A stretch of DNA of 63,915 nt, filler included, from Rhabdomonas costata (lineage: Eukaryota), in assembly GCA_019059605.1 (NCBI GenBank). It is 37 parts of 37 records of this genome, joined end to end, with 100 filler letters (N's around TTAATTAATTAA, not from the genome) between each part and the next. Parts side by side here need not be neighbours in the genome. Positions count along the whole stretch, not along the records: positions 48,457 to 50,085 come from JAHMHO010011695.1; positions 50,186 to 51,813 come from JAHMHO010011696.1; positions 51,914 to 53,542 come from JAHMHO010011697.1; positions 53,643 to 55,271 come from JAHMHO010011698.1; positions 55,372 to 57,000 come from JAHMHO010011699.1; positions 57,101 to 58,729 come from JAHMHO010011700.1; positions 58,830 to 60,458 come from JAHMHO010011701.1; positions 60,559 to 62,186 come from JAHMHO010011702.1; 29 more parts are not named here. One strand, written 5' to 3'. How positions within the stretch are numbered: the first letter of the stretch is position 1; each line of letters begins with the position of its first letter. Position numbers and translations under genes: made by a program. Shown piece after piece: positions 50,056-62,645 of the stretch. The notes beneath the pieces were generated by a model. That model made no database searches and had not been told where the DNA came from. It saw only the letters and a list, made by a program, of their open reading frames with translations.

Positions 50056-50981
50056 GTGCGTGTGTGCGGACGTGCACCCCCCCCCNNNNNNNNNNNNNNN
50101 NNNNNNNNNNNNNNNNNNNNNNNNNNNNNTTAATTAATTAANNNNNNNNNNNNNNNNNNNNNNNNNNNNNNNNNNNNNNNNNNNNCTAGGTTTGTGCCGG
50201 CTTTGTGCGGTGTGTCGAGATGATATCCAGCATACCCGTCACACCCAAGGGCTTGAGTGCAGCTGCGCAAGCCAAACATTTTCAACTCTGAATGTGCTCT
50301 GCTACCCATACTTCTTTTTTTTTCGATCATGACAAACACGCCCTCCCCGCGTGTGGCACGGTGGGCCGAAAACGAAGAATAGCCCAGAAAAATTGTTGTT
50401 TTTGGGATGCTCAAAACGCGAAATCTCTCGGAAGACTGCTTCCCAGCCACACGGGAATCTACCCCCACGTATTTCTAGTCCCCATACATTCTTCGCAGTG
50501 CATCGTGCATACCGTTCTTTACTGGGCTACCCTTCTGCGCTGTAACTGTGGACGAATTTGAGAACCCCTTAGGGCTCAAAATGAGCGGCAAAGGCCGTCG
50601 GAATGGCCCCGGCCGTCGTATGGTAGATGCCCGGCACCTGCTTCTCGGGAGCTGCTCCGTGGAGTCGGAGTGGCCAGCAGTTGGCGGCCGAAGTGGGGCG
50701 CAGTCCACCGCATCCCTGCGAGGCGAGAGCAGTCGGACAGGCACAAGCTACTCCGCTGTGGAGGGAAGTAGTGTGAGGAGGACTGCTGAGGAGGAAGAGG
50801 AGCCGTTTGGGCGCGCTTTATGGGGTGGGGTTCCCACAGCTTCTGGGAGAACCGTCAGTTGTTCAAGGTTGTGTGGAAGTCTCTTCGAATACGTGGGAGT
50901 AACAATGTGCATTGAGGTTGAGGTTTGGCTGGATTGTTGAGGTACGTGTCAAGATAACAGTGATAATGGTCGCCGGGAGGT

Positions 50982-51021
50982 AGGGTTAGGCTAGGCTAGG
51001 TTAGATCAGGTTAGGTTAGGG
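50982..51021. repeat. Degenerate TTAGG(G)-like tract
   Basis: AGGGTTAGGCTAGGCTAGGTTAGATCAGGTTAGGTTAGGG, with further GGTTAGGGTT at about 51181 and 51243. Confidence 0.6.
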
Positions 51022-51913
51022 CACTCCTTCGGCAGTGACCCTTTTTTATGTCAAGGAGTTTCAATGCAGGGCAAACTTGGACAAGGACAAGGACAAGGAC
51101 CCTTTTCTGGCTCTGTTGGAGTGCGTGCGGGATGGACATTTTGCTGTGACGGTTCCTGTTCTGAGCTTCTTTTATTGGAAGGGTTAGGGTTTGGTTAACT
51201 GGCCTCCTCCCACAAAAAAGAACACTGCCGAAGGTATGCCGTTTAGGGTTAGATTAAGAGGTAGAATAAAACAGGGCGCGGGTGACCTCAGAATTTGGGG
51301 ATGAGAGTCGTGGTTATTTGCACGGGTGCTGGCTGCTGGGCTTCGGCGAGAAGGTCGTGGGTTGAGGTATACCCATCTCCAGCTGTGGTGGGCCCCGACT
51401 CTCCAAAGCGCAGCCCCACATTTTATACCGTGCACTGGGCCCAACTGGGGAGCAGCCCTCTCTTCTGAAGAGAAGGCTGCGCTTGCGGCGGCTCCTGCGT
51501 GCGCCCCTGTGAGCGGGATACGTGCGCTGCCCAACCCGCTGCAGCGGCTGTCGCAGAGCTCGTGGGACTCCTCCGGGGGCCTTGGGGCCCGGCTGCTGCA
51601 GGTGCCTACGCTGCTCTCTGCGGCGCTACTGGGATTGGGCTCGATGGGAAGTGTCGGTCATATCGGGAGTTTTCGCCCGTTAGTTTTTTTCCGCTGGTCG
51701 CGGGTCAGTGTTTCGCTTGGGCATTTGCGCATCTCAAGGGGGCCGGGAAGGGAGGTGATGGGCCTCTTGTCTTTAGAACTAGTTGAAAGAGTTTTCCTAT
51801 CCCCAACAACCCCNNNNNNNNNNNNNNNNNNNNNNNNNNNNNNNNNNNNNNNNNNNNTTAATTAATTAANNNNNNNNNNNNNNNNNNNNNNNNNNNNNNN
51901 NNNNNNNNNNNNN

Positions 51914-53481
51914 GGGGTTGTGGTGCTTGCGCTGCAGCCGTTCTCCGTGGCCGCGCTCTTGAGCCAGCTGCAGCAGCGGTTTGAGCCCGAGGCGGCGCAG
52001 ATGGGAGTGGAGCTGGAGTTCTCAGGGAGCTGCACGGAGGTGCCGACGCACACCTGGGGGGACTTTTCGCGAGTGAGCCAGGTGATTGTGCACCTGCTGT
52101 GCAACGCGCTTCTGGCGGTGCACCGGTGCGCACGGCCTGGGCGAGTGCGGGTTTCCTTCAGCAAGGAGGGTGAGTCTGGGATGCTTCGGGTTACGGTTGA
52201 GGACAACGGGTGCGGCATCGCCGAGGAGGAGCAGCACAAGCTGTTCCAGCCGTTTTCCCGGGTACACTGTGTTTGCCCGAACAGCCGTGCGGCGCCTGGG
52301 TGTGGACTTGGGCTTTGCCTATCGAAGCTGCTTGTTGAGCTGATGGGGTATGGATCCCCCATCCCACTCCCTAACTTCCCCGGTGGTCCCCGCGCCCTGC
52401 CGCACCCGTATTTCTGCACCAGCGGAAGAACGCTGTGTGAGTGGTCAATAAAGTTTCAAAGCAAAGGCAGTATGTCCACCCGTCACGCCCGCAATGGGGT
52501 CTGATCACTTGCCACCGCAAAACGCAGGTGCCTTCATGAGTTTGTTCCAGGTTTAGCCAATGCGGGGCTGGGCGACCCGCGCTGCGGGTGAAATCATGGT
52601 GAGCTTGGGCTGGAAAGAGAAGGGAGGCTACCTGATGTGGAATGCACGGCGGTGTGCCAAAAGTACCGCGAGTTCCACCAGCGCGTGCGCCCGTTATACC
52701 AGTCACCAAAAGCCCGTTAGAGAACAGCACCGTTTTGTCCGTATGACGAGGTGCTAGAGATGATACGGTCTTGCTGAAATGGTGTGTGCGTGATGCGCAT
52801 GTGTGTGGTTTGGGCATGCGGGACATGAAATCCACAAAAAAAAATACGTGGGATGCAAGCGTCTGTCCCCGTTCTGCATACAAGAACGCAAGAAGATCAC
52901 CCCACTGTCCCGCCCATCCGAGTTTGGAATAGAGTAAGCCTGAAATTTCACGAAAGGCTGGGAAAGAACGCAGTCGCACAGACGCACCCACATTGATGAG
53001 GAACCCCAATGTGTCCCGTCTCTCTCTGCTTCTGTCACCGTCTGCAGAGGAACCATTACCCTCACCAGTGCACCCGACGTGGGCACCACCGTTTCCTTCA
53101 CCTTCCCCACCAACACCGAGACCTTCTCCTCCATGGAACTCATCCTGCCTCATCTTGACGCCACGGCCACGGCGTCCCCACGCCACCTGGATGTCCACAG
53201 CCGGCTCTTCCGCACCCCCAAGCCTTCCCCGTCCTCCTTCAGCCTGCGTCGCCTTTCCCACGTCAGCGTGCTCAGCCCAGGCGCGAACTCCGGGCCCCAC
53301 TCCCGAAACCTTGGGAAGTGCCCCTCCATCTCGCAGCTCTCCGCCAGCGCCACGATTGCGGAGCTCCCGGGGTTTGTGCGGCGCCCCAGCGCGGAGCCCT
53401 CGGGGGTGCCCCAGCAACTCCGTCAGGAGCGCCCGCAGGCCACTCCGAGCTCCAGCCAGAACTACCTTCTGCCTCCCCACG
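51914..53481 (+). CDS. Histidine kinase HATPase_c domain, exons 51914-52347 and 53048-53481
   Basis: GDFSRVSQVIVHLLCNAL (N box), VEDNGCGI (G1), LFQPF (F), GCGLGLCLSKLLVELMG (G2), spliced to GTITLTSAPDVGTTVSFTFP, then an S/P-rich linker. Confidence 0.9.
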
Positions 53482-53947
53482 GTATCCCTTCGCCGCATTC
53501 TCTTCCAGTTAAAAGCATGTGGGCGACCATAGCCAACATTCCNNNNNNNNNNNNNNNNNNNNNNNNNNNNNNNNNNNNNNNNNNNNTTAATTAATTAANN
53601 NNNNNNNNNNNNNNNNNNNNNNNNNNNNNNNNNNNNNNNNNNGGTTTGTGTGGATTAAACTGTGTTTGTGCATTTACTTTGGGTAAGGTAAACTCTACAT
53701 CCTCGATCAATTTCTCTCAGGAGCTCCAAAAATGCTGCTGGCTGAGGACTTTGCCGTTGCTGGGACTTTTGTTGTGTTGACGAATCTTTTCACTCGGGCC
53801 ATGCCGATCGCGGGTGCCCCATGGTTTTCAGCACCTTGCGGACTTTCCGTTTCATGGGCTTCCTGTTTCCCTCCTCAATCACTGTTCTTTCAAGTAAAAT
53901 TTCTTTTTGCTGCATGTGTGTTGATGCCGTTGTTGACGTTTCGACAG

Positions 53948-54509
53948 GTCTTGGCAGAGCACCAGGAGCAGTGTCGACAGGAGAGACGGCGGGATGCCAA
54001 CCTGGAGTACTTGAAGAACGTGACGCTGCAGTTCCTGTGCGCCACCTCCGATGAGATCCGTGCGGTGTGGGACTCTCCTACGTTAGATGGGGAGAAATCA
54101 CTTGAAGTAGCTGTACCATATGGTTTCTTTGGCGTTGGACGTCGGCTCTCTTGCTGCTTTGTCACTGTTAATCTCGATGCTTGTATTCGTCTTGACTTAC
54201 TTGGCGTATTTTCGTGCTCGTGGTTGTTTTTGTTTGCTGTTTCCACTTATTGGGAACATTTCTCATGCATTTTGCACTTGCGGGACTTGGGGGAGTGTGC
54301 CCTCACCCAAAGTTGAGTTAAATTGGACGGAAGGTTCATCCACGTGTTGGGTTTAATGTTGTTTCGGGGTTGGTGTTCAGGGACTGGTTCCTGTACTATC
54401 CACGGTGCTGCAGTTCGACTCTGAAGAGCTCCGGCGTGTGTACCGGGCCAACCGGCAGTGGAAGCTCCCATCCACTGTGCACCCTCCAGCGTCGTCCTCC
54501 TGGTGGTAG
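53948..54509 (+). CDS. GRIP-domain golgin C-terminus, exons 53948-54064 and 54381-54509
   Basis: DANLEYLKNVTLQFLCATSDEIRA|GLVPVLSTVLQFDSEELRRV...WW*. Matches the GRIP consensus (EYLKNV...F.....L.PV..T.L.F...E). Confidence 0.88.
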
Positions 54510-55371
54510 AGCGGCGCCCTCCTTGCCACACCCCTGCTCGCCACTCGACGCTCCACTTGCATTCTTGGGGGTAACCCAGCACGCAGAACCCCTGCGGACC
54601 GCTGCCCTAGAGCCTGCGCCACTCCGCGCAAGTGGCCCGGATGACTTCATCTGTTTGGGGCGAAAGCTGCTTTCCGGATTTCTTGAAGTGGCCCCCGGGA
54701 TTGTGGAAGTGAGCACCGTGATCTGCTCCTGCAGAACTTTGAGATGAAGTGGCAGGCAGTGTCTCGCTCGTTGGCGTCGTATTGTCTTGCGATGGACTGC
54801 TTTTTACAGCGCTGTATCTTGTGTGGGATTTTTCAATGAACCATTGCCGCGGATTTTCGTGAGGCGTTTTGTGGTCCAGTGGGCGAGAGGATCGCATATC
54901 CTTTGCTGCAGCCCTTGTCGTTCTCTTTGCGCTGCATTCTCACTTCCTCTTTGCCGCCCAATGCCAACTTTTACGGGATATCATTTGGTCTTGGGCGTGA
55001 TCCCCTTCGACCTCATTATCTCCTCGCGCACACCTTTCTCACTCGGGACATCGCAGGGATGTGGGACTCTTGTGCGCTCATCGGAAACTCAAAACCAACC
55101 ATCACAGCAACATTATACCCAGGTGTATCGCAATTTTACGATCTGCGTTTTGGCCGTATCTTCGCTGTGACCCTCTCCTTTTCCCATGATAATTCGTATT
55201 CTTTTCTTGTATTTCACTTTCGATTCAATTCGATACAGGGTTGGTAAGAGGTCTATTTTCATGCATATACCNNNNNNNNNNNNNNNNNNNNNNNNNNNNN
55301 NNNNNNNNNNNNNNNTTAATTAATTAANNNNNNNNNNNNNNNNNNNNNNNNNNNNNNNNNNNNNNNNNNNN

Positions 55372-56919
55372 GTGCCCGTGGCTCCCCCCAACGCGACCTC
55401 GCCGCGATACTGGGCCACGACCTACGGGAGTGTCTGCACGTTTGGGTGCGTGGAGGGCTTCGTTGGCGGGGGCTCACTGTACTGCTCCTCCAGTGGGTTG
55501 TGGATCTCAAGTGACAGCTGCGTTGGTAAGCGGGCCGAGCACGGCCCTGTCTCTTTCACCGCTTTGTGTTTTTTTGTGTTTTGTGTAGGTTTGGTTCTTT
55601 GGTTTCACAATGCTGGAGTTGGAGTTTGTATGGAGACAGGATATCATGAAGGCCATGGATGGTTTGCTTAATTGTGAAGCGCTCGGGGTATTGGTTGGCG
55701 TTCGGTCCGCCTTTGATTGACACGATACATCCTTCTGTTTAGACCCCGCGACACTCGGTTCTGCTTCACTCTCCTCAGAACTATCCCACATGCTTTGACG
55801 CTTCCTCTCCTGACACAAGCACACACAAGCCCGCCTCGTTTTTTTCAGACTCGCTACTGGTGTGCGGGCCGTGCCCCGGAGGCTGGTGTGACTTCCGCTC
55901 CAGGAAATGTGTTTGCGCGGTAGACTGGACGGGCCCAAACTGCACGGAGCGCAGCTACTGGTGCACGAGCTGGCAACCCCGCGTGCTGAGGGAGGCTTCG
56001 GGAATTATCCAGGTCTTCTTGTCCTTAGACTGTCCTTTTGTCGACTGCTTCATTGGGCACTTTTGTGCTGCACGCCAGCTTCTTTCCTCCTCGTTGGTTT
56101 TCTGTTGTCGCCGCTAACGTGGCAATCGTGCGCGATCGTCCGCCATCGTGAGCGGGATTGTCTAGAGGAGGTAGTAGCGAAAGGGGCTTCGATTGGGTGG
56201 TGCCCAGGTGACGGGCCGGGATCTCTACGACAACGGCCTGTACTGCCAGTGGCAGATCGCCAGCACGCCCGGCACCACCATCACGCTGACGTTTGGCGCC
56301 TTCTCCTCGGAGAGTTGCTGTGATTTTGCCAGGGTGTACTCCACCCCCACCCCGAACAATGACGCCATTCTCGTGACCTACGGGGGGACTTACCCCGCGG
56401 GGTTGACGGTCAGCTCCACTAGCGGCACTCTGCTCGTGGTTTTCTCCACGGACGGCTCTGTGGTGAGCAGCGGGTTCACGGCGCGGTGGACTATTGCAGG
56501 TGGTGCTTTACTCTTGAAGGCTGGCTTCCAGTCCTGCGATTTAGCCTATGAATGGCGCATCTTTTGGAGTGGGGTTGGGGGGGGGCAGCTCGTCGTGGCT
56601 GCTAGCTTCCAGCCATTGCTGTGCAACGCCCGCGTTATCTTTCAGTGTTTTCTGTTTAGAGCTTTACTTTGGGTGTTCCGTATCAAGTGCAAAGACGAAA
56701 CCGGTGTCCCGGGTTGTTTTTTTTAGCACCCTGCCCGACCTCTCGTCGGCCCTGGGTACACGACGAAGGTCCCTTTTTTTATCCGTGTGCTTACAGTGAA
56801 CTCCAACTGCAGCGTGTGGCTTGCCGAAGACCGCAACCAGTGTCCTGCAGACACCGTGTCCAATGCCAGTGCGACGCTATGCGCGGCGAGCAACTGCACA
56901 GCGATGGATTGCTGCTACG
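55372..56919 (+). CDS. Extracellular Sushi-EGF-CUB multidomain protein, exons 55372-55525, 55849-56012, 56208-56499, 56797-56919
   Basis: Sushi (TYGSVCTFGCVEGF...CSSSGLW...C), EGF-like (CVCAVDWTGPNC), CUB (YDNGLYCQWQI...ITLTF..FSSESCCDF..VY...VVFSTDGSV...GF.A.W). All four exons join in phase. Confidence 0.88.
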
Positions 56920-57726
56920 GTGAGTGCCCGTTGTTTCCCCAATCCACTTCCGCATTTGGGTTCTGTCAGTGTGGTGGATCCCTCCACACTTTCCAGGGTT
57001 NNNNNNNNNNNNNNNNNNNNNNNNNNNNNNNNNNNNNNNNNNNNTTAATTAATTAANNNNNNNNNNNNNNNNNNNNNNNNNNNNNNNNNNNNNNNNNNNN
57101 GGTGGGTGGGCATTTGCAATGATCCTGGTGATACAGTTCTTTGGTCTCTCTTTAGTGGTGAGTAGAAGGCATCACTGTCAGATGAAGGTACTGAATGATC
57201 AGGTCCGTGTCTGCCATGTTATTACCTTCCCCTCTCGGTGACCTTGGCGCCAAACCACGGCATCGAGCGCGCTGTGCCTCACGAGTAATTACTCTCCGTC
57301 GTGTTTTTCCTGGGTGTGCACAACCTTCCCAGCGAATATTTCCCGGAATGCATGCCGACCAGCGTGTGGTTGCCCAAAAAATTGTGTGGGTGAACGAAAA
57401 CTTTTTGTGCCTTGATGCAGAGGTGCTGGTGACCCTGCCCCAACCTCTGCTCTGCTCCTTGCTGCTGCAGTGGCAGCCACGTCCTCGCTACCGAGGCCCA
57501 CCGTCCGCTGGAAGTGGCACCCTTCCGGCAAATGTGTGGACCTGCCTCGCACAGGCCATGTTTCCTGCCAGCTCCCGTGGTGCAAACGATGACGACCGGG
57601 GCGACGTTGAGGTTCCTTTTCAGTACCTTTCTTGGTGTTATATAGCCATTTATCGTCCATTTGGGTTAGTCGTCTGCTTCTTCTTCTTCTTTTTGCCTAA
57701 CCCCTGGCCCCCTTGTACCCCCACAG

Positions 57727-58729
57727 GTCAGCCTTGCCATCCTGCAGAGCATTCTGCAAGCTCTCTGCCACTCATCCGGAAGCTCTAGAGCAAGGGCGGA
57801 CTTCGTTATGCAGAAACTCCTGAGCGAGGTTGATGGGACAGGTGTGCCCGTCCGGAAAGCTGCCTTTTCTGCTGTGGCTGACTTTGTGAGGGAGAGCTGA
57901 GTGGGACTCACCTCTGCGCTGAACGGCTAAATATCCGTTGCACTCGAGAAGGGGCAAGGCGTCTTTAAACATGATAGAGTGGCGCACTCACTCAGCTGGT
58001 TTTGCATCCGTTTCGGAGAATGCGCTGCTGTCACCGTTTATGTGGCAAATAGACACTCTGTCGGCGAAGGCCGATGTTCGTCGCTGGAGGTGCCTTTCCC
58101 TTTGCCGGTGCTGGGCACTACCTTCGTGCTTGCCGCTAGCCTACAGCTGTATTCAGGTGTGTCTCTTCGACTGTCTGTGACCTTCATGGTTTCGCTTCTC
58201 TCGCTGCAATTGCAACGTTGTCAACTAAGTCAGTGAAGCTGGGGTGGCGTGGTAACCGGTGCTTCGGTGTTCCGAATTATAAGTGACTCATACCTTTCAT
58301 ACTTAGACTCTTACCACCGTGGCTTTGATTTGCATTTAACGGTTGCACGGAAGGTAGGCTCAAGATGCCCCGATGCCCTTCCAGAACCTAGGAAGCTTCT
58401 ATCTTCGCCTTATTACCAAAAGCATCGTCCAGAGGCGTTTGGCTGTTTGTGTGTGCGTTTTTGCTGAAAAAGTGTTAGCGTTTCGAACTGCGAGCCTACC
58501 GGAGATGGTGCCTGCCGTTTGGGTCATTGTTTGGCATCCTCCCCTTCAAAGGGTGTTCTTGAAACTGCCACGGAGGAGATGCTTCTGGCCAATGCAATGG
58601 ACTGGCTGGGCGAGCTGACCTTCTCCAGCAGTGGGGTGGGTGGAGCCGCTGCCGCTGCCAGGATATTGTGCCACTCGGCGAGCAGGCGGTCCCGAGTATG
58701 CGCCGCGGTGTGCGCTCGCACCCCCAAAA
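57727..58729 (+). CDS. Unidentified helical protein exons (about 57727-57841, 58552-58708)
   Basis: VSLAILQSILQALCH...FVMQKLLSEVDGT and GVLETATEEMLLANAMDWLGELTF..., each bounded by AG/GT. Confidence 0.4.
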
Positions 58730-59089
58730 NNNNNNNNNNNNNNNNNNNNNNNNNNNNNNNNNNNNNNNNNNNNTTAATTAATTAANNNNNNNNNNNNNNN
58801 NNNNNNNNNNNNNNNNNNNNNNNNNNNNNGTGTTTGTTGATTTTGTTGACACATGTCCCTGCCCTCCCTCCCCTTCAGCCACTCTAAGAAACTATGTAGG
58901 CTTGTACTGGAAGAAACCCGGGGGTTGTGAAAATTGGTCGGATCAGATAGATGCAGGATTTTGAACAACAAGGCTTGTCAAAAGACTTGGTCGGTTGGTA
59001 GCTCCCAGTCTCCACTCTGCTCCGACTGAGTTCCAGCAGCTGTGCTTGCTCGAGGTCCCCATATTCCCCTGGAAAAGTATGTATCACCG

Positions 59090-59147
59090 CGTAATCTTTA
59101 GGGAATTTAGGGACCCACAAGGGTACCTAAATTCCCTAAAGATTACG
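59090..59147. repeat. 22-bp perfect inverted repeat (hairpin)
   Basis: CGTAATCTTTAGGGAATTTAGG pairs with CCTAAATTCCCTAAAGATTACG across a 14-nt loop. Confidence 0.9.
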
Positions 59148-59516
59148 GTCCGATAGGTATTTTGTTGCATTGCCTTGAAGAGGTTCTGGTCACACCATTG
59201 TGAGTTCTTCCTTTCCTTCCGAGAAAACGCGGCACAAATTTCCAAACTGTTCGATTGCAAGCGGTGGATGTGACATCTACTCTTTGATAATCTTCTTCCG
59301 CACCCGCCGCTCCGCGGGCTTCTGCTAAATGCTAAACGCATCCTTTGGTTTGGCATGAAACCCCTTCAGTCTTGTCCATGTAACCTGAGCCGCTTCGGTC
59401 GCATCGTCACCTCCCTGCTCACTGTAGAATGGGCAACAAGCAGCAACTGTCTTCCCTTCTTCGCGGTGGTGATTCGCATGTGCATTAGTATATATAGTTT
59501 TTGGTTATTTCCCAAG

Positions 59517-59637
59517 GAGAATGACGTGCTGGCCGTGGCGGCGTGCCGGCTGTGGACGGCAGGGGAGGAGGACGTCGCCCGGTTGGCCCCCTACCGCGTG
59601 ATCAACAACGCCCTACGGCCCGCCGGGCGGAAGACCG
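59517..59637 (+). CDS. Exon with an ART-like N-terminal helix motif
   Basis: ENDVLAVAACRLWTAGEEDVARLAPYRVINNALRP resembles the A..LYT....Y..(L/I)N.ALR motif that precedes ARTC catalytic cores. Confidence 0.5.
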
Positions 59638-61319
59638 GTGGGGTGCTCCCCCTTGTGATGCCCTCGGGGTGTGTGTGAGTGAGCGAGTGAGTCTGTGTGA
59701 GTGAGTGTGTGTTTGTGTGCGTGTGTTTGTTGTAATGCCTGGATTTACTGGTCGTCGCTAGGAGCAGTGGGCTGTTCTCTGGAGGCTGTCTGCAGTTCCC
59801 GCACCCTTCTCGTCTACATTACATTTTCCCTGAAAGGGTATTATAAGTTGCTGAGAAAGGTGTTGTGCGTTTGGGCGCGTGCTTTTATGCGCACACACAT
59901 CAAAAGGCAGGAAAGACCTCCGCCTTTCACTTTCTTTTTTCGCGCGCACGTGCCACGAACCTGTACCTGGAAATCAAGGGACCTCCCTCTGCCTGCCATC
60001 CTCAACTTCCCTCTCTCGTCCAAGCGAGAAGCATCTAAAGACAGGTGCAGACGGTACCTGTTGGGAACCAACCACTCGTCGAACGTGGAAAATATAACTG
60101 GCAAGTCTATTTTTATGGACCATTCACTTTCCCAGCTTTCTGGTTCAGACCAAACTTTGTCATGTGGTTTTCCCTTTAGAAGTGAAGTTCCATTGCTGGT
60201 CCTTCTCACCCCGTCACCATCCCTTCCACCTTCCATCCCTGCCATCTTAACCTCTTTCGAAACCTTCTCGTCGACCTGGCGAGGTGTACAAGATGATGAA
60301 AGTGGACCAGTTTACCAAAACAAACCCTCCGAAATTGTGATAAATCGAATGAAGTCAAATCGTTTTTTATTCCTCCACTTTACTCATCGTGCCGAATCGC
60401 CCGACCACGCATCCCGTAGGGAAAGCCAATCAGGCGAGACGAAACCCGACCCAACCCCNNNNNNNNNNNNNNNNNNNNNNNNNNNNNNNNNNNNNNNNNN
60501 NNTTAATTAATTAANNNNNNNNNNNNNNNNNNNNNNNNNNNNNNNNNNNNNNNNNNNNGTTTTTGGGGGAAGGGCGGCGATCGAACGTCTGCCTTGTTTA
60601 ACACCGTTAAACAAAATCATGTGTAATGCTATTTTCTGAACAGGGGGCCGGTAAACAATGCCAGGGCCACACATATGACATATATGACACATATGACAAC
60701 TTTACGTTCAAAAACTTCGACCCACGCCCTTCCCCAAAAGAGGCGAAACGCTGACCCTGGAGGACCGGTCAGCGTTTTGCAGCGAGTCGGGAGGCTTATT
60801 GTTTGAGCAAAAGATCATAGACATGCTTCGGCTTAGTCCTTTTTTGAAGGCAATACTCCAGTTATTTCGGAAATCCGGAAAAATGAAAAAGAGACACTGG
60901 AGAGCGACTGTGTGCACCCCTTGATGGATATAAACATGTAGCGGATGACAGCTAATTGTAATCGCAATGGTTGGCAGATATGACACACTTGTGAAAACTA
61001 CTTCAATTGGCAACCACAACCGCCGGCAAAGATTACTGGCGGTCCATTTTTTTGAAACATTGCACGTAAACGGTGGTAAGCTCTTGGGACTGTGCGTGTG
61101 AATTGAGTGGGATATATTTATTTTAGGAGGCCATCCCGCGGTGGGGAAATGTCACGGGGGCCCCCGGAAGACAATTTTTCAAGATTTTCGACCGCTCGGA
61201 GATAAACGTTATTGGGGGGAGGGATTCAATACACTACCAGAGGCGACTGTAACCACTCCCCCACCCTCACCCAGCCACCCACCTTACGAACGCTTCCATC
61301 AGATCGCGGGTGAACCTAC

Positions 61320-61601
61320 CTGCACGTGAAGCTCCTCCGCCAAGCGATCCGCAATGGCACGGGTGCGGCCCGAGTAGATCCCATACACGTCGGGGAACAT
61401 CATCAGCCCACGGTTCGGCGCGGGCCCCGGTCCAGGGGGAAGGGTCAGGTACACCTCGCAGGACCAACAGCTTTTGAGCTGCCCACGGGGCCGGAAGTCT
61501 TTGGGCTCTGAGGCCATCGGGAGAGCAGCCGGGGGGCAGCACAGCGCGGGGCCAGTTGGGAGGCGAACCAGTCCAGAAAGCCAGGAAACCACACTGCCCA
61601 T
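61320..61601 (-). CDS. Dienelactone hydrolase family protein, first exon
   Basis: MGSVVSW...CCPPAALP...FRPRG...VYLT...RGLMMFPDVYGIYSGRTRAIADRLAEE|GTAGG gives the DLH hhhPD(I/V)(F/Y)G......AD.LA motif. Confidence 0.82.
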
Positions 61602-62645
61602 TGTGTGCACGAGTCGAGTCGGGGAAGAAAGGGGAATCGGAACCTGTGAGGGAGCACCGCGTAGAGCGGATGCCGATCGGAATCCGGGAGGGGGTTTGGT
61701 AGAAACGGTGCTGACCCAAACACTAGCACTGGGATAGCCTTACTAGCAACAATAAATAATAATAGCAACAAAATAAAAATAAATATAAAAATAAAAATAA
61801 ATAAGAATAGCAACAAAGGCTAAAAAGTCTTGCGCGACACGATGAAAAAAAATATAGACGGGACAGACGGGAAGGGAACGGTTTGGTTTTCGAGGCTATG
61901 TACCTCAGTCCAGAAAGGCAACACGAATTACGCAGTACCCCACCCTCACAACATCGTTGCACGCGCCCCCCTCCCTTGTAGAAGTGACGAAACCACAGAA
62001 CGTATAAACGTAGTGAGCAGAGTGGTGCACAAACCAACGCTGGAGGATCAAGCACCATGAGGCCAGAGACCTGCGCATCGGTGGCCTGTAAGGAACTCTG
62101 TGGGTTGCCGCAAATCTCACCTTAGCCTTCGCACGCATATCAGTACACCGTACATTCTCCCCTAGAAGACGCTCACCCCACCACAANNNNNNNNNNNNNN
62201 NNNNNNNNNNNNNNNNNNNNNNNNNNNNNNTTAATTAATTAANNNNNNNNNNNNNNNNNNNNNNNNNNNNNNNNNNNNNNNNNNNNTGTGTGGATATACA
62301 AGGAGAAGCATTTTACAATTCCGTAGATGACGAAATGGAAGATGCAGCATGCCGTACGTCCAATTGTGTCGCTCACTTCTGGTGTTGGTTGCTATAAAAC
62401 ACAGGTAGCGGCCTGAAGTTCCGAAAACGAACCAACTCCAGAGGATCCAAACCTGCCTTTAAATCGCACTCCGAATGCACCCATACATGCCGGTTTGTAT
62501 GGAAAATGCCACGTCTGTGTGAATGAGAGCATTCTCTCCAGCTCTCTGCACTGTCCATGTCAAGGTGGGTGCTTAGGAGCGGCAAAAAATCCATGCTGCT
62601 GATACATTCTACCAGCAGAGTTTACGCCTCTGGCACCGAAATCTT

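Noticed and set aside
52371-53498. 375-aa minus-strand ORF
   Set aside because: It is antisense to the histidine kinase intron and GC-rich second exon.
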